A DNA stretch of 64,000 nucleotides from assembly GCA_030704615.1 (NCBI GenBank), contig CM060731.1, positions 4,154,001 through 4,218,000 on the forward strand, given 5' to 3'. Of the stretch, positions 40,290-49,107 are shown piece after piece. Position 1 is the stretch's first letter. Each line of letters opens with the position of its first letter. The DNA is from Takakia lepidozioides (lineage: Eukaryota > Plantae > Bryophyta). Under the pieces are notes generated by a model. The model did not search any database. It saw nothing but the letters and a program-made list of their open reading frames with translations, and was not told the origin of the DNA. A program made the position numbers and the translations under genes.

Positions 40290-41290
40290 TACTCCGTACT
40301 CTGCGCTGCTCAGCCATAGCCAAGCTGATAATCCAGGTCAAGCAATTGTGATCCATTGCTTGCCCCAACACCTGACGACGTGATGCCTCAGAAAGAGATG
40401 GCACCGCCGTGGTACCAGTGGTAAAACCCATCGCCCGCTCGCGCTCGTCAGCATTGGGCTCCACTAATTGTTGCAATTGGCTATCCCACAAGAGGTCAGG
40501 TCCACTATCCCGAAAAATATGGGGTCTTGGGAAGCTGAGCAATGTAGGTAATGTTGCTCGTGGTTGACCCACCCTGTTGACCAGTGCCAAAGGCAAACGG
40601 TCATCGTGTCTCACACGTTGAGACTGCCTCCCTGTGTCCAAAATGCTATCCACTGTGAGGTGTGCTGGCCGCTACACCCCATCAAATGCACGTTTGAGCA
40701 GTGCGGGTGGCATCAAGTTAGTCCACTAGCCGTGGACGATGAGTCCGTGACCCCACTGTAGCTGCATCCAGCAACACTGCTGACCCAAGCCACGACCGGA
40801 CTTGATGCACACTGGCCATCATTCTGGCCCGAGAATCACCCATCAGTGGCACATTCTCCAAGATGTATGCTGGAGATACAGCTTGAGGAAGCTGCAAGTG
40901 GCGCAAAACCCGCACCATCTCCCAAAACAGACCCGTCCTCGAGTCTCGCAATCCATTGTCATGCCCGGCTGATGAATGCCCGTGGCAGGGCCAACCTGCC
41001 ACTACCAGATCAATGGAGCCAACCTGCTCCAAATCCTGCGCCCCCAGCAACGAAATGTCTGCTAGCAAAGCTTGTTGGTATCCACGAACTGCAGACACTG
41101 GCAACAAATCAGGGTATTGCTGTACCAACTGAGCAACATGGCATAGTGAGACGCGTCGTGCACTCTCATCCCTCTCCACATACAGGTAACGTCGAACTCG
41201 TACACCTGCCTGCAGCACTGCAGTCAATCCAGTGCTGATCCCACCAAACAAGTCGAGAAGACATATGCCTTCATCCGGGCACTGCCACAC
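40290..41290 (-). pseudogene. C5-cytosine DNA methyltransferase domain within pol (one frameshift near 40720)
   Basis: Motif I LLDLFGGISTG, II YLYVERD, III ADI, IV IDLVVAGWPC.GHS.AG, GLRDSRTGLFWE, VI YILENV, VIII HRPRL, IX ERERAMGF, X RRQVLGQAMD. Same frame as the protease ORF, separated by a single TAG. Confidence 0.9.
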
Positions 41291-41317
41291 AAGAGGTGTG
41301 GTATCCAATGGCGACAA

Positions 41318-42550
41318 CTAAGGTGGTCCTGGTGCAATCACCGCACTCTCCTCTTCTCCTGACGGTACGAAGGCCTCTACCCAGGCTTGTTGCACCCGTT
41401 TATCAGCAGCATGCTGCAAATCCTTGCTCGTACCCCACAATGGAGTGTGAGCAACCATGGCAGACAACTCCGCCGTACCATGCATGTCATCCTGCTCTGC
41501 TGAAGGTGGTACATCCTCTGCATGGGCATTGCCTTCCAGCAACTCTCCAGGCCAACTAACTGCAGCTGTAAAGGCGGCTAGTGTTGGCATCTTGCCCCGC
41601 TGGGCAGCCGCAATATCCCCAATGAATGTCACAGGGAGCTGTGCACGACGACCATCCCCTGACTGCCATCCAGGCCTGTAGGATGCTGACTCTTCCCAAA
41701 AGTCCAGGGTGAAGCCCATGGGATATAACACTGCCCCACCAACGAGGACATCGTAAGAGACCGCGTCTGTCACAATGACCTTGGCTCGCATCACTGAGCC
41801 ATCTATAGGATGATCCGGCTGCAGTCTAATGGCCAACTCACGCCATGTCATGCCCCGAGCCTGCTCTGATCCTCCCAGAGATGTCTGTATCTGGAAAGGA
41901 CAAGGCTCCATATCCGCCTCCATGAGGCCCAAACCTGCAATAGCAGCTCTGCCCAACATCAGTGGCTGAGCTCCCGAGTCTAACAAGACCCGCAGTGGCT
42001 GGTGCTTTTTGCCTGCCAGTCCACTCAAAGAGAAAATGTCATCCTGGTTGTCTAACAATACAACTCCAGGTGTCACCATGGCGCGCTCAAAGGCTGGCCT
42101 AGCTGGCAGCTCCGTCAACCTGGCAGCTGCAGCTTGCCATGGCACAGCCGTGGCAGTCTTGACCCTCAAATCTGAGGATCCCTCTGCCGCTACACCTTCC
42201 AGTAACTCCGCAGAAGATGAAGTGACCTCCCCACTCTCACAGAGTGTTGCTGCTAGTCTGAACACTGCAGCTGGTCTTACCCCCGGCGTCGCAATCATGG
42301 TTGTCGAGAACAGTGGGGCTTGACACACAGAGGTGGCTACCCCCAATAACACACCGGCTGCACTAGCCTTGGTAGCAGGTGTCAGTGATGCACGTATAGC
42401 TCTCCCCAATGGCATAGTAACCTCCGCCTCGGTAACAGTCGGGCGAGAACTAGGTGCCATGGATGGCGTCGACACTGTCTCCACCAATGTGAATGACTGA
42501 GGAAGCCTCGCTTGACGGCTTGCCTCCCCACGCTGTGGATCCAATTCCAC
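41318..42550 (-). pseudogene. Retropepsin-type aspartic protease region
   Basis: RVLLDSGAQ catalytic motif and downstream YDVLVG motif. Confidence 0.85.
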
Positions 42551-42586
42551 CTCTGCACCTCATGGCTCAGGAACTCGTGCTGCTCC

Positions 42587-44813
42587 TCAAGTCACGGCTG
42601 CAGCAGACTCTACCTGCTCTAGTGATAGTGTTGCTCCGCACATGAATCCCATGCCTCCCATATCTCCTCCCTCAGGAGCAGGAGGGGGACCATCCCGCCT
42701 GGGAGCCGGTACCACCTGAGCTGTAGCCATGGCAGCGAGCCTCTGCTCTAGCTGCTGAAGCCGGTTGGCCATGCCTTGGTCAATACCCTGACCTCCGCGG
42801 TCTTGGCTATGTTGAGCTTGCCCTTGGCCTGCACCTCGTGCCTGGCCACCTCGTCCTCTCTGGGCTGGTCCACCTCGCCCCCGGCCACCATTGTTTCCTT
42901 GGAACTGGCCTGGGCGCAACTCAGGATGCAAGTCATAACACTGGGCATCTCCATGCCCATACTTGCCACAATGCCCACACTGCAACTGTGCAGGCTGTGC
43001 TTGTGCCGACCTTTTGCCACTCTCTGGGCAATCTCTCTTGACATGGGGTCATCCACATGTCCAACATATCACCCCTGGTTGCTGTTGGCTTGCAAAAGAT
43101 GCTACTGGCCTCTGCACTTGAGGTCCCCTGTAAGCTCCATGAAATTTGGGTTGGGAAACCTTGCCCCCCTGACCACGCTATTGGGCAGTCCCTTGTGCCT
43201 GTGGGCTGGCAGCTGCGCCTTGTGCAGGCATGTCTTTGCCAAATCCAATGGTAACAACTCGCTCCTCCACCATGTTGAGCTCAATCCGCTCAGCCAACAG
43301 AAACACATCTGCTAATGTGGGTTTGGCTGCTTGTAACAGGGTTGCATCCCGCACCCTTCTCCTGAGCTCCTTGTCCAAAATTCCATACCACAACTGGATT
43401 GCCTGAGCTTCAGTAACCCCTTGGGTCACACTTATCAAGCGCCTCATACGAGTGTACGCCTCTCGCAGGCTCTCACTGGGTTTGCGCTAGAAGTCTTGCA
43501 AACTTCGCAGCTTCTCTGTCCGTACACCTTGGTAGTTCCTCCACAACTCCTGGAAGAACTCTACCACCGGGCTGAATCTAGGCACATATGTTGTAGTCGT
43601 GGGATAATGAGTAGTAGGACCTTCTGCAGAAGTACCGGCACTACTAGTGCTAGCCGTGGGAGGTATTAGTGTTGATGCCGCTACTGGTCGTGTTGTTCCT
43701 CGAGTAATGGAGACGTAGTCAGGTGACCAATACATCCTCCACTCTTCAATTTTTGCTTCATGTCCTCGCCTGAACTTGTGGTAATCGTCCATAGGCGGGC
43801 CTTCCAAATGCTGGAACAATCCCAATTCATAAATGATGAATGACCAAGACCCCGATGTCACATCGTTCTGAGAAGCCACTACGCGTGCTCACAGTATACG
43901 AAGGCCTTGCCGTGTCAGGATTTCCATTCCCACGTCCCGTCATGTCCGACGCAGCACTTGCATCCTTGTCTCTGTTAGGTGGAGGCAGCACGTATTAAAA
44001 TATCTATTCCCCCAAGGCCACATTTTGTTTACCTCTTTTTGTGAAAGCCATGTCAGCAAATGTGCTGCCGAGTCATGGGTGCAATGAATGCGCAATGGTT
44101 CATGGAGTCGTTGAGTCGACTACATATTCACTTTAATGAATAAATATCTTTATACCATTAATCGAATTAGGAAAGAAAATTTGTAGTCGCATGTGCAGTA
44201 ATTACAACCACTTGTAATTTTGGCTTTTTCAAATTTTATGTATTTACGCAATTCGTAAAATAGCCCGGAATTCTGCTACGACTCCGGAGTCGTTGACCCC
44301 ACTTCTGTCCGCCGTCTGAAATGCCCCCGTGGGCCCACATTGTCTGTTTCGACTCTCCAGTAGTCCAGTTTACTACCAAGTGGTTCCCGGAGTGGTCGCG
44401 GACATGCAGTCGAATCGGAAAATACACGAATGCTTCTAGTGCTTCCACGCCATGAATGGGGTGAACAGCTGTGGATTGCGCATCTGCTGCAAATCACACC
44501 AGCTGTCGAACTCCTAGATAAAGTCATCCAACTCGATTGTGCCCACAGCTCCAGAGTACCTACGAGGCCCCTTGGTAGCTCCATACATCTCCTCCATGTC
44601 GTCCCACAACAATGGCGAATGAAACTGCACACCTGTTGATAAAGCCTCCGAGTCTGTGTCTGACTCTGCACTTGTTGAGGGTGGAGGTGAAGGTGGTCTG
44701 AAACGAACACCTCGTTTGGTGAACCCACTCTCACTGCTACTGCCTGTAGCCGTACTCCCCTCAAAACCCTTGGGTAACTCCGTGATGACACTCACAACCC
44801 GCACCTCCCCCAC
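42587..44813 (-). pseudogene. gag with CCHC zinc knuckle, interrupted by a ~620-bp insertion
   Basis: CGHCGKYGHGDAQC knuckle followed by an RGG-rich tail. Helical gag-like segments (…PFMAWK | LFQHLEGPP…) lie on either side of the insert. Confidence 0.7.
43820..44439 (+). mobile_element. Possible non-autonomous Helitron inserted in gag
   Basis: A|TC...CTAG|T borders with no TSD. A 3' hairpin is not convincing. Confidence 0.35.
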
Positions 44814-45346
44814 GTGACACTATAAGGCTCTAGTACTAATTCTAATAGTGACACGGGTGGGCACCTGTTGCAGTTTAAGGGTCATATCCCAGTGGCTCAG
44901 GGCACCTGCACCTGCATCCACCGCAAGAACTCCTATGGTTGGCTGGTCATCAACCCAGTCTCACCATAGAAGAAACACTGGTGGTCTTGCTGGTCATCAC
45001 TCCAGCCTCACCATCGACAACATACTCTAGGATTGACCGGTGATCAAATCCGGCCTAATCCCTATGAAAGCAGGCGCCCACACAAAACCAACATGGCGCA
45101 CAGTCAAGCATGCAGGTGTTGGGGGGGATCCAACCACATGAAATCAAAACATCAACACCCCCACACCAAAATCCATCTGTCGTGCCGATCCTGCAGAATA
45201 TCCCAGCCCCAAAACCCCGGACTGACTGGCCTCCACCAAGAGAGGCTTTGGCAACTACAAGTACAAAATAATGGAAATAGTAACAAGAGGGAGGGGAAGA
45301 ATACAGGCCCGACCAAGCAAGATCTAATCTTGATCTATGCTATCAA

Positions 45347-45994
45347 CTACCAGACTTCTCTCAAAGTGCATCGCTCTGCATGATAGTAAGGTGTAGGAGG
45401 TATATCTATGTCCAGAAACCTGCCACTAACCTCCCGCTCACTGAACACTAAAGGTAGGGTCTGACAGTCTCTCAACTCAAAAGCTTTGAGACAGTTGTGG
45501 GTGTCCTCATTGCGAATGACTGCATCTCCTTCAAGCAGAACAAACTTTTCATTGCTAATGAACCCCCGCTCGTGGTTGCCCCGTGTAGAACGTGTCCGGC
45601 TGCAACCATGTCTGATTGCACAAACTTGTGTAGCTCCTGCTCCTCTGCTCCAGTACACCACGGCCTTGTGGCTGAACACCTTGGTCCCCGGGGCTGTCTT
45701 TGGCTGTGTTCCAAGCCTAGCTTTCACCCACTTTGGTATTTCACCTACAGCTGCAGAACTGCTGGCTCCAACAGAGTTCTGACTGTCCAAAGCAATATTG
45801 AGGCCCTCAACGCCAACTACAGCAGTTTGTTGTCTACTGCTAATGCCTGACTCCCAGTATGCAATCAACTCGTCCAATTGCTCTCCATTCAAATTAGTCT
45901 GAGTTCCTTGGGAAACATAAATCTTGTCCCTTTGTGTGCACAGGCTAAGAGAAGAGACCCGCCCTTCAATTACGTCCTCATTTCCCCCAGCCAT
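45347..45994 (-). CDS. Extra 215-aa ORF upstream of gag, unknown function
   Basis: ATG-initiated open frame, co-oriented with pol, inside the element. No recognised motif. Confidence 0.4.
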   Translation of the reverse strand: MAGGNEDVIEGRVSSLSLCTQRDKIYVSQGTQTNLNGEQLDELIAYWESGISSRQQTAVVGVEGLNIALDSQNSVGASSSAAVGEIPKWVKARLGTQPKTAPGTKVFSHKAVVYWSRGAGATQVCAIRHGCSRTRSTRGNHERGFISNEKFVLLEGDAVIRNEDTHNCLKAFELRDCQTLPLVFSEREVSGRFLDIDIPPTPYYHAERCTLREVW

Positions 45995-46849
45995 ACAAGG
46001 AGGACATCCACAGATTTATCTCTCATGTAGACCACAACAGGTTCTAGAAACAGAATTGTGGATCTTTCATAGCACACTCACACTCAAAAAATTCCATAGA
46101 TTTTTAGCAGAGTCCAAAAAACTAAAACCTAGATAGGTAGATAGATAGATAGGTAAATTTCCCCTTTCTGTAGGTTCCTGCGCAAGTTTTGGGTCAAACG
46201 GCCTTGGTAGGCCAGAGTTATGGCCAAACAGGCTCTATCTAATTTAAATTAGATCAAAGAACGAATTTCTTTTAATTTTTCATACCCAAAACGTTCTCGC
46301 CATTAAAAATTGTTCCCACGTTTTTTGCGATTCACTGTAGGTTCCCATCACGTTCAAAATACCGTGCCCTGTGAGTGCCCGAAATGGTGGAATTGAAGTC
46401 TACCAACAGAGGTTGTTGTGCAGGGATCCTCCTTCGTAGGCACACGCTTGGCAGCTGCTGCACGTCCTGCACCCCGGGTCTGCCATGCCTCTGGCGTCAG
46501 GGCTGCTCTTTCACTCTCCAGCAGCTCGCTCCAGAAAAGGGTTGGACCCTAAGTTCTTGAGGAATCAGAGATATGCCAAGAAACATAATCGTGTGGGCGG
46601 CGACAATAGTGAAGTTGATGCTGCTGAAGAAATGGAATGAGAGATGTGTAGATGGAGCAATCGATGAGTGCCCAGGTTGCAGCGGGAGTCTCTTGCTTGT
46701 CTCTATGCAAGGTGGGGCACTGATGAAGGTCTACAGCTACGCTCTAAAACGTTTTCGATCTGCACTCCATCAGGCTCCTTGTTGGCAATCGAGGTACTGG
46801 TTGCGGTCTATGTAGGTCAGATGCTGTCAAGAGGGCCTTTGAGCTGTTG

Positions 46850-47905
46850 CAAGTCTCCACTTGTGAAGGATCCTCAATGCGCTCAACTCATTCCTGATTG
46901 CGTTCTTCACCTCTTTCATGGGGATCCTACCATGTTCGAGTCCTATTGGCTGGCCCAGCCCCAGGCAACCACTGTAATCCCAGCGTGGCAAGGCATGAGC
47001 TATTTTGCTCACAAGCACAACGCCTTCATGTTTGTGGACCACCATTTGGACCAGACAATCCGCGCCTTTCACAGCTTTGTTGAGAATGTTGTCGCCGAGA
47101 GCCGCTACATTGTACTTGGAACTGGCTCGACACACTTGTTCCAAGCTTCAATTTACGCCCTATCCTCGCCCCAGTCGTCCACTCCAACGAGCATCATCTC
47201 GGCTACCCCTTATTATTCGCCGTATCCAGACTTGACAAACTTCCTCAAATCCGGGGTATTCAAATGGGCAGGAGATGCACACCAGTTTCAACAGAACTCT
47301 TCGCAAGATGCTTACATTGAGATAGTGACATCACCCAATAATCCAGATGGAACCATCCGGCATGCTGTGGTCAATGGCAGTGGATCAACAGCTCATGATC
47401 TCGCCTACTACTGGCCACATTACACTCCAATCACCTCCGCTGCTGACTTTCCCGTGATGCTCTTCACTTTCTCCAAAATCACAGGCCATGCTAACACTCG
47501 ACTCGGTTGGGCGGTTGTGGAAGATGAGCGCGATGCCATCAAATGGCGGAGTTTGTTTGATTGAACACACTCGGTGTATCCCAGGATGCACAAGCCTGGG
47601 CAACCACCTTACTCCGGACAATCATGACTGGCTACGCGCAACCGGCTGTCAAATACGGGGGACTGATGGACGCGGCGAAGCAGCCCTTCTTCCATTATGG
47701 CCACGCGGTGATGGAGGAGAGATGGAAGAAGCTGCAGCAGAAGTTGGAGGGCAGCACGCGCTTCGCTTTGCCTGATTATGACCCCTTACACTGTTCCTTC
47801 TTGGGAAAGATGTTTCGGCCCAACCTAGCTTTTGTATGGCTGCGTTGTAAGGAGGAAGAAGACTGTCAGGAATTGCTTCGCCAACACCGCATTGTATCCC
47901 GTGCA
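46850..47905 (+). pseudogene. TAR: Intronless tryptophan aminotransferase-related (TAA1/TAR, alliinase family) copy captured in the retrotransposon; frameshifted and C-terminally truncated
   Basis: HGDPTMFESYW, YIVLGTGSTHLFQA, PYYSPY, IEIVTSPNNPDG, HDLAYYWPHYTPIT, MLFTFSKITGHANTRLGWA (PLP lysine), NTLGVSQDAQ, AFVWLRC. Similarity ends after RIVSR. Confidence 0.9.
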
Positions 47906-48157
47906 AACCCAGATTCCAGTGAGCTCAAGTCACCCTTAATTTTGATGGCATTGCTCCCCTCTGGCAGGCGCATAGATTACAAAACTGCTACACCTGCTTA
48001 CTCATCCCCTGCCTTCATTGCTTGCTGCATCAGTATTGATCCCCTGCACATCTTTCTAACTAATGATTACCTGAACACAGATAATCATTTCTCTCACTTT
48101 CAAAACAAAAACCACAAGTGCTAAAACTAAACTCACCTCTGGCACTCACATATGCAA

Positions 48158-48173
48158 GCTCATCTCTCTCGAG
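48158..48173 (-). promoter_or_regulatory. Self-complementary primer-binding site next to the 5' X repeat
   Basis: 48158-48174 (GCTCATCTCTCTCGAGT) is the perfect reverse complement of 48357-48373 inside X. No TGG-type tRNA PBS is present. Confidence 0.7.
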
Positions 48174-48523
48174 TGATAAGAAAGAACTAAACTCAAATAA
48201 CAAGAGAAACACAAAACACAACACCATCACTCTTTAAAATAATAGTCGAGCCAGGGGCACCCCAAGCTATGGGGACTCCACCCCACAACAACCTATCCTC
48301 CCTTCATAAGCACACTCAGGTTCTGAACGGTGAAGGAGCTCGGTCGTGCAGGCTCAACTCGAGAGAGATGAGCCGCACGACTGACGCTCTCGTGAAGATA
48401 AGACGGTTCAGGTGTCAAACTAAACTTGACACCTGACTTAACACTTGAACTAAATCCAAGTGTTAAATACAAATAACTAGCTTTATTCTAGTTAGTTTCA
48501 CACTGAGTTTATTTAACTTGACA
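48174..48523 (-). repeat. Repeat X (LTR-like), 5' copy; reads TGTCAAG...CTTATCA on the minus strand
   Basis: Direct repeat of 36181-36532 with TG...CA ends. Confidence 0.95.
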
Positions 48524-48616
48524 CGTGCTTTTATGCTATTGTAACTTTCGAATATCTATATTTGTAAATAAAGTTTCGACCCATCAAGGATTAGATCAAA
48601 GTGTCAATAAATGCAT

Positions 48617-49107
48617 ATATGTAGCCCAAGTTTCATTCGAGAAAATATCAGCCGGTAAGAAGATGGCACAATGAAGTGGGGGCGAGTGGTAAAGGAGGGG
48701 AAGGACACACAGCCCCGGGAGAAAAAATGGGGATGTTGAGTAGAGAGGTGGGCCCGGGCTGTAGGGACACCTAGAAAGAGGGGAAAGAGAATGTTTAATT
48801 TATGAGAGATAAGAAAATAGGCGCACCATTGGAGCAGCCATAGTGGGCTCAGATTAGAGTTTTTGGTGGGTGCAATTATTGAAAACGTGTCAAATAGTGG
48901 GGTGGTTTATATAGTGGAGAGGACACGTGGGGGGTCATCTTCTGGAAGTCAACCTCTACTCAACAACCCCCTTTTCTCCCGCGGCTGCATGTCCTTCCCC
49001 TCCTCTACCACTCGCCCCCCCCCCCCCCCCCTCGCCCCCCCAACCCACTTCATCGTGTCATCTTCTTACCGGCTGACAATTTCTGGTATGAAACTTGGGC
49101 TACATAT
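48617..49107. mobile_element. Foldback/MITE with ~130-bp imperfect inverted arms
   Basis: ATATGTAGCCCAAGTTTCAT..CAGCCGGTAAGAAGATG..GTTGAGTAGAG is mirrored by CTCTACTCAAC..CATCTTCTTACCGGCTG..ATGAAACTTGGGCTACATAT. Confidence 0.75.

Larger units (their letters stand above)
36093..48523 (-). mobile_element. Ty3/gypsy-type retrotransposon with DNA methyltransferase and PHD finger, permuted/split repeats and a captured TAR gene
   Basis: Order gag-CCHC-PR-DNMT-RT-RH-IN-PHD. Termini TGTC (36093) and GACA (48523). Candidate 4-bp TSD TGTG/CGTG, differing by one C>T at a CpG. Repeats X and Y are listed separately. Confidence 0.9.

Noticed and set aside
40290-41290. Host DRM/DNMT3 gene or bacterial restriction-modification contamination
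   Set aside because: Intronless, in frame with retroviral protease and RT, with no UBA or PWWP domains and no neighbouring restriction enzyme.
36093-48523. DIRS/Ngaro tyrosine-recombinase retrotransposon, suggested by the split direct repeats and a methyltransferase
   Set aside because: It has an aspartic protease, an rve DDE integrase, TG..CA ends and a probable TSD. No tyrosine recombinase motifs are visible, and the MTase is C5-type rather than Dam-like.
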